DNA of 64,000 nucleotides from Mobula hypostoma (GCF_963921235.1 NC_086097.1:45758001-45822000), one strand, 5' to 3'. Shown: positions 11,609 to 24,360, numbered from the stretch's first letter. The notes: generated from the letters alone by a model not told the origin. Translations and numbers: made by a program.

Positions 11609-13760
11609 ATGATAATCACCAGGCTGTTCCCTGGGTTGGATCAACTGGATAAGCGGGGCTTTCTTTCCTTGAGGGAGAGGCTACGACGGTGGGGCTGGCT
11701 GACAGAGATACACTAAATTATGAGGGCCACAGATAGAGAAGATCGTGAAAAGCTTTTCCCTTTAACAGAGGTGTCTATAATGAGAAGAGATGGGGTTTAG
11801 ATGAGGCTCAGGAGAACTAGAGGATTTTCAGGAAAAAAATCAGTGGTTGTTTGTGTTGTGGAACATAATGTCTGGTAAGGTGGTGGGGACAGGTATTATT
11901 GCAATATTTGAGAAGTATATAGGCTAGCTCTTGAAATGTCATGGCATAGAAGGCCATAAGGCAAGAGCTGGAAAATGGTACTAGCGTAATAAATTACTTG
12001 GTGACAGATACAGTCACAATCGGCCTAAAGGCCTTTTCCCTTGTGGGAGGACTAAATCAGCCAGTTTTGCTTATGTCAAATTGACAGCTCATACCTGCAT
12101 AATAGCTGCTTAAAAAAACAAGTAAAATCTTAATATGTCCTTTTTGAATGGAACTAGATATAAGGGTTGGTGACTTATTCTCCCAACTTCCCTTCTGAAT
12201 TCAAGTCTACTTTCTCATTTATTTATAATATTTCAGACTTCATGCTGATGTAGTGAGCGGAAGTAAATACTATAATCGTCCTGTCTTTTTAGTGGAGAGG
12301 CAAGTGGTTTTCTGTGCAACATCCTCTGGTATTTCTGCAATTACTGTTTCTGTATCTTCATTAAGAAGTTCAAAGTCAGTACTTTCTGGTTTCTAATCAC
12401 TTGCCAATTTTATCCAGTAACTGTTAACTGTACTTTCCAGCCAGATGATTTTCCCTTCCTCAACAATTCAGTGCAAATACACCAGGACGAAAATATGCCT
12501 GTTTTAAATGCTTGCAAGGAAATTGATTCTCTCATTTATCTGGCACTGCTGCCATCAAACTGTCCAGGTGAATCCTTTCATTTTTCTGTGACAAAGTATT
12601 TTTGCATTATTTGTAAAGTTAATCCTAGTGGAGCATAAAAAATAAATGTAAGGCATCTCATGGAAATACACTTCAAAGAATGAAATCGCAAACCCGTTGT
12701 CACAGATGGAAGAGACATTTCCAGTCTTACCCATCTTCCAGAATTGGTATTGAAAGGGAGCCACTCAAGCACCTGAAAATCTCTGATCCTACTTTAAATT
12801 CCTCCTGATGGTTACCCTCCAAAAATATGGGCAAAGGTGAGGATTATTCTCAAGTTGTATTTTCCATAACCAGCCAGCAGTTAAAGCCACCACCCCCCTC
12901 TCCCCCCCCCACTCCCAACTACCAGAACTAAACAAGCAGATGTGTATAAAATATGCAGAATATAATTCCAGAAGGAGGGGAGTCAGGAAGCAAGAAACTA
13001 CAGACCCATTAACGTCTATCATAGGAGAAATAATGGGAATTCTCACTAAAAACTTTGTACACAACTCGTCCATCCGTCGACTTTGATGAGGACCACTCTG
13101 GTCATCTGCAATTTGTAGGAGCTGGACTGCTCTGTGCGTATGCAGACTGCTGGAGAGGCCAATCTATGCACGAAAAGTCCTTTAGCAGTGAGGACAAAAG
13201 ATGGCCGCCACGTTGAGCTGGGGGTCACTGCCTCAATTGTCCTTTCTGCCTCACTCAACCCAGTAATGGGCAATATGCTCCCATGTGTCTCTGCTGATGC
13301 AGTAAAGCTTTCAGGCATCTTTATAGCATTTCCTTTGGACTCCACAGGAACACTTCCTTTTCTGTAGTTCGCCATAAAACAGTCTCTTAGTCTGCCAAAG
13401 GTCTGGCACTCAAGCTACACACGCCCAGCGTAACTGGAACTGCATCAGGGTGATGTAGATACTGGGCAGGCCTACCCTGGAAAGTACCTCAATGTCAGGA
13501 ATTTTGTTTTGCTGCTTAATGTTGAGGAGAGTTCTGAGACAGACTGTGTGGAAATGGTTCAATTGTTTGGCATGCTGTTGGTTCACTGTCCATGTTTCAC
13601 AGGCGTAAATCAGAGTGGCAAGTACTATGGCCATCAACTTTATCTGTAGACGTATGGCTCTTCTGTTCCAGACATTGGTATAAAGTCTGTTGAAGGTTAC
13701 ACTTGCTTTGGCGATCACTGCATCATCAATGACAATGTTCTGGGACAGTGTGCTGCCCAG

Positions 13761-16195
13761 AATCAGACTCAGGTTTATTATCACTGGCGTGCGTCGTGAA
13801 ATTTGCTAAATTAGCAGCAGCAGTTCAATGCAATACAAAATATAAAATGAAAAATAGATAAATTACAGTATACGGGTATGTATATTGAATAGATTAAAAT
13901 TCATGCAAAAAGAGACATAATATATATTTTTTTAAAAAAGTGAGGTAGTGTCCAAGGGATCAATGTCCATTTAGGAATCGGATGGCCAAGGGGAAGAAGC
14001 TGTTTGTGAATCGCTGAGTGTGTGCCTTCAGGCCTCTGTAGCTTCTACATGATGGTCACAGTGAGAGAAGGGCATGCCCCAGGTGCTGGAGGTCCTTAAT
14101 AATGGACGTTGCCTTTCTGAGACACCGCTCCCTGAAGATGTCCTGGGTACTTTGTAGGCTAGTGACCAAGATGGAGCTGACTAGATTTACAACCCTCTGC
14201 AGCTTCTTTCAATCCTGTGCAGCAACCCCCCCCCCAATACCAGACAGTGACGCAGCCTGTCAGAATGCTCTCCACAGTACATCTATAGAAGTTTTTGAGT
14301 GTTTTTGTTGACATACCAAATCTCTTCAAACTCCTCATGAAGTATAGTCACTGTCTTGCCTTCTTTATAACTCCATCGATATGTTGGGAGCAGGTTAGGT
14401 CCTCAGAGATCTTGACACCCAGGAACTTGAAACTGCTCACTCTCTCCACTTCTGATCCCTCTGTCAGGATTGGTATGTGTTCCTTCGTCTTACCCTTCCT
14501 GAAGTCCACAATCAGCTCTTTCGTCTTACTGACGTTGAGTGCCAGTTTGTTGCTGCGACAGCACTCCACTAGCTGGAAGTATACCCTCTTATCACCACCC
14601 GAGATTCTACCAACAATGATTGCATTGTCAGCAAATTTATAGATGGTATTTGAGCTATGCCTAGCCACACAGTCATGAGTATATAGAGTAGAGCAGTGGG
14701 CCAAGCACAGACCCCTAAGGTGATCAGTGTTGATCATCAGAGAAGATCATCACCAATCTGCACAAATTGTGGTCTTCTAGTTAGGAAGTCAATGATCCAA
14801 TTGCAGAGGGAGTTACTGAGGCCCACGTTCTGCAACTTCTCAATCAGGATTGTGGGAATGACGGTGTTAAATGCTGAGCTATGGTCAATGAAATGCATCC
14901 TGACATAGGTGTCGGTGTTGTCCAGGTGGTCTAAAGCCCTTTGAAGAGCCATTGAGATTGTGTCTGCCGTTGACCTACTGTGGCGATAGGCAAATTGCAA
15001 TGGGTCCAGGTCCTTGCTGAGACAGGAATTCAGTCTAGTCATGACCAACCTCTCAAAGCATTTCATCACTGTTTATGTGAATGCTACTGGGCGATGGTCA
15101 TTAAGAACATAGAACATGGACTAGTACAGCACAGTACAGGCCCTCCAACACAGTACTCCAAGAATGGCCTAACCAGAGTTTTATAGAGCTGCATCATTAA
15201 TTAAGACGGCCCACATTATTCTTCTTAGGCACTGGTATAATTGTTGCCTTTTTGAAGCAAGTGGGAACTTCCACCTGTAGCAGTGAGAGGTTGAAAATGT
15301 CCTTGAATACTCCTGCCAGTTAATTGGCACAAGTTTTCGGAGCCTTAACAGGTACTCCATCAGGACCTTCTGCCTTGTGAGGGTTCACCCTCTTTAAAGA
15401 CAGCCTAACATTGGCCTCAGAGTAGTGAAACATCACTGCCATTCATGCTGTTGGGTTTCGCTTTGTAGGAAGTAATGTCTTGCAAACCCTGCCAGAGTTG
15501 TTGTACATCCGATGTCACCTCCAACCTCATTCAAAATTGTCTCTTCGCCCTTGAAATAGCCCTCCACAAGTCATACCTGGGTTTCTGGTACAGACCTGAG
15601 TCACCAGCCTTGAATGCCACAAATCAAGCCTTCAGCAGACAACGTACCTCCTGGTTCATCCACGGCTTTTGGTTTGGAAATGTACAGCAATTCTTTGTAG
15701 GCACACACTCATCCACACAGGTTTTAATGAAGTCAGTAACAATTGCAGCACACTCATCCAGATTCGAAGATGAATCTCTGAATACAGTCTAATCCACCAA
15801 TTCAAAGCAGTCCTGTAGGCACTCCTGTGCTTCTCTTGTCCAAACCTTCTTGGCCCTCACTGCTGGTGCTGCAGTCTTCAGTCTCTGCCTATACTCAGGG
15901 AATAGAAGTACAGCCAGGTGATCAGACTTCCCGAAGTGAGGGTGTGGAATAGCACGGTAAGCATTCTTGATGGTGATGTAACAATGGTCAGTGCGTTGTT
16001 TCCTCTGGTATTGCAAGTGATCTGTTGATGGTAGTTGCTTAGTGATTTTGTTTTTTTCAGACTGGCCTGGTTAAAATCCCCCAAAATGATGGTGAAGGCA
16101 TTGGGGTGCGCTGTTCCGTTTATGTTGATCCCACTACTCAGATCATCTAAAGACTGATTGACATTAGCCTGAGGAGGAATGTACACCACTACCAA
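13761..16195 (-). mobile_element. Rex1/Babar LINE (endonuclease C-half, RT, 3' UTR), degenerate
   Basis: ORFs 15878-16405 (VYIPP, GDFNQA), 15789-16016 (FGKSDH), 14737-15069 ([15 protein letters not shown]) and 14348-14737; tail AATCAGACTCAGG-TTTATT at 13761. Confidence 0.92.
15107..15200 (-). repeat. 94-bp CR1 micro-insertion
   Basis: CR1 tail (AGAACAT)n joined to a short RT piece (ACACAGTACTCCAAG...AACCAGAGTTTTATA); TSD TTAAGA at 15101-15106 and 15201-15206. Confidence 0.75.
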
Positions 16196-17384
16196 CGTGT
16201 TACGTGAACCTGTTAACTGGGTTGAGTCTTTGACTATTGATTCTGATGGTTGGCTCAACATATGATTTCTCTGGAACTGGTTGATGTAATTTTTCAGTCT
16301 TCTTGGTGTTGACGGTAAGCACAAAGTTGGTCCACACATCAGAAAACTTGACACAGTGCTGTATATCACCATTTGAACCAGCACTGAGGGCACAATCATC
16401 AGCAAAAAGGAAGTCTCTGAGGATGTCTGTCATAACTTTCATTTTTGCTTGGAGCATCCTGAGGTTAAACAGTGCAAATCTGATGTTGATGCCTATGTCG
16501 CCACCTCTGAAAACATTGGTCAGCATGGTGGGAAAAGACTAGACTGAATAGTGTGAGCACCAAGACGCAGCTCTGCTTGCCTCTGTTTTAGAGAGCAAAA
16601 TGTCTCACCATTGCCCTGAACTCTAGCTTGTATGGAATCATGGAATTGCTTCACCGTGGTGACGAAATTCCTTAGACATCCATACTTCACCATGATCTTC
16701 CACAGACCCTCCCTGCTAACAGTGCCGAGGGCCCTCGTCAGATCAACATAGCAGGAGAACACATCAGCATTTTGCTCCTGCCATTTCTCTTGCTGCTGCC
16801 CTACAGCGAACACCATGCCAACAGTCACATGCTCTTTCTGGATTCCACCCTGGCCCTCTGGTGGGAATTCCCAGTCGAGGTGTGATGTGATTGAGAAGAA
16901 GCCTGGCGGAGATCTCTCCTGTGATAGACAGTAAGGTTGTTCCTCGATTGTTGTCGTAGTATGATTGGTTTCCCTTTTAATTTTTATAGGTGGATGACGG
17001 ACACGTCTTTAACTTCGTGTGGAATCACCTCTTGCTGCCACGTGAGTTGGAGGAGCTGATGAAACCTCTCTGTTAACACTACACCACCTTCCTTGTAGGC
17101 CTCAGCTGGTTTTGCACCTGATCTAGGCACTTTGCTTTCTGGGTCTTTTTTAAGGTCAGTGATTTATTGACAAGTGTTTTGTGTCAGGCGATCAATGCTT
17201 TGTTATTTATAGCCGAAGGATGAATCAGAACACTGTTAAAGTGCTCAGCCCACCTAGGAAGAATTTTCTCTTTGTCCATGATCAGCATACTCCAGTCAGC
17301 ACTAACAAGAGGGAGTGCTCCTGATGATGGTGGACATAGATCTTTCTTCGTGCAGCATAGAACTTCTTTAAATCACACCTATTG

Positions 17385-17670
17385 TCACTGTGCTGAACTG
17401 AGGCTGTGGCTGGCAACTAACAGGCTGCTGGATTGGCTCTAGCTTCATGCCTGTGGACTCATTTTTGTGAACTTCAATTCTGAATGTTATTTGCTTACAT
17501 TTATTGTTTGCACAATTTGTTTTTTTTTCCCCTCTCTGCTCATTGGGTGTTTGACCGTCTTTTTTTAATGTGCTCTATTGCATTTCTTGGTTTAGTGGCT
17601 GACTGTAAGGAGATGAATCTCAAGGTTGTATGTAGTATACCTACGTTGTTAATAAATGTACTTTGAACTT
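17385..17670 (+). repeat. SINE-like fragment with a Rex-type 3' tail
   Basis: Ends ATGAATCTCAAGGTTGTATGTAG...AATAAATGTACTTTGAACTT; similar to 61080-61345. Confidence 0.55.
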
Positions 17671-17953
17671 ACCTGCATATGCCTGGATCTCATCAGCTTT
17701 ATTACTCAGCTTGGAATCCTGCATCTGGTGCAGTGTGTGTTGTACCATTGTTTGTACGTTATAGAAGGCATCCTTCTTTTTGATAGTCTGGGGCTTGCTG
17801 AGGAGAGCTTTGTAATTATCTAATAATTAGATAATGTCAGCATGATTATGGGAAAGGGAAATGATGTTTGACAAACTAATTGGAGTTCTTTGAAGAGTTA
17901 ACATGAAGTGATAAAACATAACCAGTGGATGTACCATACTTGGATTTTCAGAA

Positions 17954-19750
17954 TCACAAACAAGAGAAAATCTGCAGATAGTGAAAATCCAAAACAACAC
18001 ACACAAAATGCTGGAGGAACTCAGCAGACCAGGCAACATCTATGGAAAAGAGTAAACTGATGGGACTGAAGGCTAATAAATCCCCAGGGCCTAATGGTCT
18101 GCATCCCAGGCTACTTAAGTAGGTGGCTCTAGAAATCGTGGATGCATTGGTAATCATTTTCCAATGTTCTAGAGATTCAGGATCAGTTCCTGCGGATTGT
18201 AGGGTAGCTAATGTTATCCCACTTTTTAAGAAAGGAGGGAGAGAGAAAACAGGCAATTATAGACCAGTTAATCTGACATCAGTGGTGGGGAAGATGCTGG
18301 AGTCAATTATAAAAGATGAAATAGCGGCATATTTGGATAGCAGTGGCAGGATAGGTCCGAGTCAGCATGGATTTACGAAGGGCAAATCATGCTTAACTTA
18401 TCTTCTGGAATTGTTTGAGAACGTAACTATGAAAATGGACATGGGAAAGCCAGTGGATGTAGTGTACCTGGACTTTCAGAAAGCCTTTGATAAGGTCCCA
18501 CATAGGAGGTTAGTGTGCAAAATTAGAGCAAATAGTATTGGGGGTAGGGTACTAACGTGGATAGAAAATTGGTTGGCAGACAGGAAACAAAGAGTAGGGA
18601 TTAATGGGTCCTTTTCAGAATGGCAGGCAATGACTAGTGGGGTACCTCAAGGCTCAGTGCTGGGATCGCAGCTATTTACAATATACGTTAATGATTTAGA
18701 TGAAGGGATTAAAAGTAACATTAGCAAATTTGCAGATGACACAAAGCTGGGTGGCAGTGTGAAATGAGAGGAGAATGTTATGAGAATGCAGGGTGACTTG
18801 GACAGGTTGGGTGAGTGGGCAGATGCAGTTTAATGTGGATAAATGTGAGTTTATCCACTTTGGTGACAAGAACAGGAAGGCAGATTACTATCTGAATGGT
18901 GTCAAGTTAGGAAAAGGGGAAGTACAATGCGATCTGGGTGTCCTTGTTCATCAGTCACTGAAAGTAAGCATACAGGTACAGCAGGCAGTGAAGAAAGCTA
19001 ATGGCATGCTGGCCTTCATAACAAGGGGAGTTGAGTACAGGAGCAAAGAGGTCCTTCTGCAGTTGTACAGGGCCCTGGTGAGACCACACCTGGAGTATTG
19101 TGTAGTTTTGGTCTCCAAATTTGAGGAAGGACATTCTAGCTATTGAGGAAGTGCAGTGTAGGTTCACAAGGTTAATTCCCGGATGGCGGGACTGTCATAT
19201 GTTGAAAGATTGGAGCAACTGGGCTTGTATACACTGGGATTTAGAAGGATGAGAAGGGATCTGATTGAAACATATAAGATTATTAAGGGATTGGACACGC
19301 TAGAGGCAGGAAACATATTCCCAATGTTGGGGGAGTCCAGAACCAGAGGCCACAGTTTAAGAATAAGGGGTAGACAATTTAGAACGGAGTTGAGGAAAAA
19401 CTTTTTCACACAGAGGGTTGTGGTTCTGTGGAATGCTCTGCCTCAGAAGGCAGTGGAGGCCAATTCTCTGGATTCTTTCAAGAAAGAGTTAGATAGAGCT
19501 CTTAAAGATAGCGGAGTCAAGGGATATAGGGAGGAGGCAGGAAAAGGGTACTGATTGCGGATGATCAGCCATGATCACAGTAAATGGTGGTGCTGGCTCC
19601 AAGGGCCGAATGGCCTACTCCTGCGCCTATTGTCTATTGTCTATATAAACAGTCAATGTTCCAGTCTCGGCTCGAAACATGGACTGTTTGCTCTTTTCCA
19701 TAGATGTTGCTGGTCCTGCTGAGTTCTCCAGCATTTTGTGTGTGTTGCTT
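17954..19750. mobile_element. Penelope-derived fold-back element (arms 17954-18057 and 19651-19750) split by a CR1
   Basis: Arms are reverse complements (CACACAAAATGCTGGAGGAACTCAGCAG / CTGCTGAGTTCTCCAGCATTTTGTGTG); flanks TGGATTTTCAGAA 17941-17953 and TGGATTTCCAGAA 19751-19763. Confidence 0.85.
18058..19645 (+). mobile_element. Young 5'-truncated CR1 LINE
   Basis: ORFs 18123-18767, 18793-19146 and 19183-19554 with CR1 RT motifs; tail (CTATTGT)n; TSD TAAAC at 18053-18057 and 19646-19650. Confidence 0.95.
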
Positions 19751-20790
19751 TGGATTTCCAGAAGGTATTTTTAGGTGCAGGATTGTGGAAAACTGTAGCA
19801 GGTATCATGTTAGTATGGGCCGAATGACTGGCTGACTTGAAAGAAAAAGATTAGGCATAAACGGGTCTTTTTCTGGTGTTGTAGGGATCATTGCTAGGAT
19901 GTCAATATTTTACAACCCATCTAAATTACTTGGTCAAAGGTACTGACGTTTCAGTTGCTGAACTTGCTTGTGAGACAAAGGTGGCTAGGAGATTAACTTC
20001 TGAGGTGGATATAGGAAAGCTGCAAAATGATATTAATAGGGTAAGTGTGTTAGCAAGGATCTAGCATGTAGCTTACTATATGGGAAATATGAAGTTGTCT
20101 ATTTTAACATGGAAATAAAACAAAAGCATACTCCCTGAATGGTGGGGAATTGCAGAGCTCTGAGGTGCAGGGGAATTTGGATATCCTGGTGCATGATTAA
20201 CAAAAGTCTACTATGCAAATACAGCAAGTAATGGAAGACCAACAGTGGGAAACTGAGTGCATAAGTAATAGGTTATGCTTCAGTTACACAGGGCACAAGT
20301 GAGACCCCACTTGGAAAATAATGTACAGAGCAATTCGCCTTATTTAAGGAAGGATATTAATATATTAGAAAAAGTTCAGAGATGGTTTAGTAGACAAATA
20401 CTTGGGATGAGTAGTTTGTTTATGAGGGAAGTGTGTACAAGTTAGGCTTCTCTTTACTGGAGTGTACAAAATTGACAATGACCTGATTGTAACATATAGG
20501 ATTCTGAGGGACTTTGACAGGGTAGGTACAGACAGAATGTTCCTCCTTTTCCATTTAAGATAGAGGTACATTTTTTTCTCTTAGAAGGTCATGAGTCTTT
20601 GGAACTCTGTTCCTCAAAAATAGGTGGAAACAGAGTCCTTAAGTATTGCGAAGACAAAAGGGAGATTCTTAATAAGAAAGCAGTTAACATGGATAGACAA
20701 GAATGCAGAGCAAAAGTTACAAAATTTACAATCAGATCAGCCAGTTTAATTGGTGGAACAAACTTGATCTACTCATTTTCCTAATTTGTG
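19751..20790 (+). mobile_element. Old degenerate CR1, continuing from ~17830-17953
   Basis: LDFQK motif at the junction, then decayed RT and 3' motifs (GTGAGACCCCACTTGGA; CCTTATTTAAGGAAGGATAT). Confidence 0.7.
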
Positions 20791-22544
20791 TGTGCCCTAT
20801 GTAAAATGTAAACTCAACAGTCAGACCAAATGGAATATACCAGCTCTCTTCCAGCTTTATTGCAGTCTTCGCTTTCTACATAACACCTCCTATTTCATTC
20901 TCTGTGATGTGGCTTATATAGCCTGTCCTTGAATACATCAACTCCAGATTGAATCTGGAGAAACTGATGTTCTTTATTCTTCCCAAGGCTATTAAGGTGA
21001 TAATATCAGTCAACAAGTTTAAGCCAATTCTAAATATTTCAAAACTGGTACTGAACAGTTCAGAAATATCAAGGATAATTCAAACCCTATGGCTTAGTTT
21101 GTAAATTGGAGAAACACTCTAATCCCATGTTGAAGAACCTACATGATTTTCATTCTATGAATGTGGTTTGAAAGAGAGTGAGTGGTGCTCTCTATGGGGT
21201 CACTGACTTGATGAGGAAACTGGAAATCATAGCACCATTAAGCTACTTGACATGAAATGGATTCCTTTGGGTGAAAGTATGAAAGATGAAAGCACCACCA
21301 GTTCCAGTGAAGGATGACTGTGTGAAGTGAACCCAGCAGGTTACAGGGAATTCAGGTCATCATCCAGAACAAACTTCCACCACCTGCTCTCTCTTGCAGC
21401 GGCCGAATTTTCAGGCACTGTTACAATACACAAGGTGTTCTCCTTGCACACTGACAAATCTGAATCCACTTTACATAATGTAGAAGTGCCTCATTTCCTA
21501 CCCCTGATGGGGAATTTTGTCATGCATTCTTCATGTCATCGCCTTATAGAAGAGAATAAATACTTGCTCTTGGGTGAGGTGCTCTACCCATACAGACATA
21601 ATTTTGGATCAGAAAGATGACCATTATGTATCAGCTAGCTATGTAACTGTGGTTAAGAAGGAACATCACCCAGCCAAGTCCTCCTCTCATCTAGCATTAA
21701 AGCATGTGCAGTTCATCAGAGGGTCAATAGCAAATCTGAAGTGGGAACTACTGGCCAGTTTCCCTCCCCACTTCCCAGTGGAGATTAACTGACTCCAGAC
21801 AAACTAAGGTCTGAGCCTGGAACCGGACCAAAATATCATATTTTACTCAGTAATTACTGCTGAATTCCCTTCTGGGTTCAATCAGGTACTGCTCACTACA
21901 GGTTCCTAGTAATCATTCCCTGATGCTTGATAGGAGGTGTTAAGCATGAAATTTACTAACTGAATTTGTCTTCAAAGTACAGATAATGTAGTTGCTACTG
22001 ATTAGAGGTCCAACGTCACCAAAAATATAGCAGATGCAACGGCATTGTTAGGACCCATTTCTTCAATTGTGCTGTGTAAATCTTTTGAGAAAGATTATTG
22101 TTCCTCCTCCAACTTTTTTTTCCATATTTCTTCACTGCATAATAATTACCATATGCTTGGCACAAGCCTAAATTAACAAATGGAATGAGTATAAACTGTG
22201 AGACCATTTTTAGACTACAAGTTTTAATTCAAATGCTGGATGCATTGAGAGACCAAACAAGTGAATGTCAGTCTCTTCCTGGAAATAAAGTGGGAGAGAA
22301 ATCAAAACTCAGAAAGAGAAAGGTGCCATCACCCTCATCCTGATTTCAGAGAACTTTGCTGCTGTTTTCAATAAACCAGGAAATAACCATTTAGCCTCTG
22401 AAACCTACCTCTCATTCCCTTAGATCTTAACTAGTGTTGATAAATGTGGCTCCTTTTATCTAATTTTGATTCATACTTCTTGACAATGCTACCACTGCCT
22501 TCTCAGTACAGAGAATCACAATTGGTCTGACATCTATGATAAGA

Positions 22545-23040
22545 ATAATGGAGCCATAGGTCATAGAACACTACAGCACAGAAACAGGCCTTCAGCCTAT
22601 CCAGTCCATGCCTAGATCCATCAGCCTGCACCCAGACCATAGCCCTCCATACCCCTCCCATTTATGTACCTATCGAGATTTCTCTTAAATGTTGAAATGG
22701 AACCCATATCCAACACTTCTACTGACAGCTTGTTCCACATGCTCACCACCCCCTGAGTGAAGAAGCTCCCATTAAACGTCACCTTTCACTCTTAACCCTT
22801 GACCTCTAGCTCTAGCTTCAGTCAACCTCGTAGGAAAAAGCCTGCTTGCATTTACCCTATCTATACGCTCATAATTTTGTATGCCTCTATCAAATCTTCC
22901 GTCATTCTCCTGTGCTTTAGGGAATAAAAAGCTAACCTATTCAACCTTTCCCCACAACTTAGGTCCTCAAGTTCCAGCAAAGTTCTTGTAAATTTTCTTT
23001 GCTCTCCTTCAATCCTATTGATATTACTGCATTTCAACAT
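22545..23040 (-). mobile_element. CR1 3' fragment
   Basis: ORF 22861-23055 (ERLNRL.FYSL..RRM..DLIE.YKI); tail CATAGAACACTACAGCACAGAAACAGGCC. Confidence 0.85.
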
Positions 23041-23149
23041 TTCCTCTGTGTACAAGTTTTAGCTCTAATTTTCAGATTGTGCCTCAGAATAAATAAGAGG
23101 AGGGGGGTTTAAAATGAAAAACAGAAGTGTTATCCAAACATGTGACTGA

Positions 23150-24360
23150 GTTTAAGCAAAGAGAGTTTTTCAATCAGAAGAGGTTTGTTAATCAGTTAAC
23201 TAAGAAAACTGATGAATTCAGAGAAGTAAACATGGTTTCCATGGACTTTAGTGAGGGTTTTGATAAGGATTTATCAAGTAGGCAGCTCAAGAAGGTTACC
23301 TGAGGCATTGGCTGAATGATAGGAGGTAGTTAAGTGGCTAGTGGTGGATGGAATGTTTTTCAGACTACGTCTGTCTCAAATGGTATTTGGAGGAATCAAT
23401 GCTGCTTATTTTTTTTGCAGTTTGTAATATATATAATGTGAAGATGAGGATAAGAACCTAGATGGTGTGATTAATAATTTGCAAACATAAAAATTGGTCG
23501 AGTCATGGATAGTGAAGAAGGTTGCTTATTTTTTATTCCATTTATAGAGACACAGTGAGGAATGGGCCCTTCCAGTCTTCTGAGCCATGCCATCCAGCAA
23601 CTCAGATTTAACCCTAACCTCATCACAGAACAACTTACAACGACCAATTAACTAATCCAGTACATCTACAGACTGTGGGAGGAAACCAGGGCACCCGGAG
23701 AAAACCCAAGTATTCCACAGGGAGAAAGTATAGACCTCTTACAGAGGGTGCTGGGATTGAACTCTGAATGCCAACACCCGAGCTGTAATAGCAACAATCT
23801 AACCGTGATGCTACCTTGGCACCCATAATTACACAATAGAACACAGATCAGCTAGAAAGTTGAAAAGACCAATGCAGACTTTGGGGATTCAAATTCTTAT
23901 AAGTTATATAGAGTAAGTGGCAGGGATCTTAGAAGTACTGATGGACAAAAGGATCTGCAGGTGCAAGTACATAGTTTGCTGAAGGTAGTGACACAGGTGG
24001 ATAGAGTGGTGAAGAAAGCATTAGATACACTGGCCTTCACAGGCCGAGTTACCAATTATAAAAGTTGGGATGTTATGTTGTAGCTGAGCAAAACATTGGT
24101 TAGAACATCTTTCACTGGTCCAAAAAGACAGGAAGCAGAAGAGACTCACCTGGATGTGGCCAGATGTGGGGGGCTGTAGTTATAAGGTGAAATGTTTATT
24201 CTTGCTGGAACCTAGCAAGCTGAGAAGTGACCTTATAGAGTGGCACAGAGAGGCTAAATATTCCTTTTCCTTGGGCAGAGGAGACGAGAACTAGACGACA
24301 CAGGTTTAAGGTGAGAGGAGAGAAATTTAAAGGAGACTTGAGAGATAAGCTTTCCACACA
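23150..24360 (+). mobile_element. Old degenerate CR1 RT, split by a V-SINE
   Basis: ATGGACTTTAGT..GGGTTTTGATAAGG; GTGGATAGAGTGGTGAAGAAAGCAT; AGGTTTAAGGTGAGAGGAGAGAAATTTAAAGG. Confidence 0.7.
23525..23825 (-). mobile_element. tRNA-derived V-SINE (HE1-like)
   Basis: Minus strand: A-box-like GGTAGCATCACGGTT, B-box-like GAGTTCAATCC, V-domain GGGTTTTCTCCGGGTGCCCTGGTTTCCTCCCACA, CR1-type tail GAAGGGCC. Confidence 0.8.

Larger units (their letters stand above)
6900..12050 (+). mobile_element. Old degenerate CR1 ORF2 hosting several younger insertions (pieces ~6900-7513, 8098-8410, 8790-8890, 11609-12050)
   Basis: Decayed CR1 RT motifs in the expected order on either side of each insert (e.g. GAATAATCCAGGTAATTACAGG; AAGTGGCAGATGGAATTTAATC; GAGCTGGAGTATTGT). 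Confidence 0.65.
13066..17380 (-). mobile_element. Degenerate RTE-clade LINE (pieces 13066-13760 and ~16196-17380), split by a Rex/Babar LINE
   Basis: ORFs 16520-16828 (YVDLTRAL.TVSREGLW), 16200-16526 (LFADDCAL) and 13410-13784 (LIYACETWT, QLRWA). The RTE motif FTYLGSTLS is broken exactly at the insertion. Confidence 0.88.

Noticed and set aside
12441..12772. Possible small exons (plus 12441-12567; minus 12731-12772 with GTAAG donor)
   Set aside because: Splice signals are only moderate, the peptides are unrecognisable and the two candidates are on opposite strands; consistent with chance.
13046..13375. 109-aa ORF in apparently unique sequence
   Set aside because: Lies in the degenerate 3' end of the RTE element, out of frame.
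17954..19750. TIR DNA transposon carrying an RT gene
   Set aside because: The inverted ends are Penelope hairpin arms, and the RT is a later CR1 insertion with its own TSD.
21327..21792. Two short overlapping ORFs in unique sequence
   Set aside because: Non-ATG starts, no recognisable homology, no convincing splice sites.
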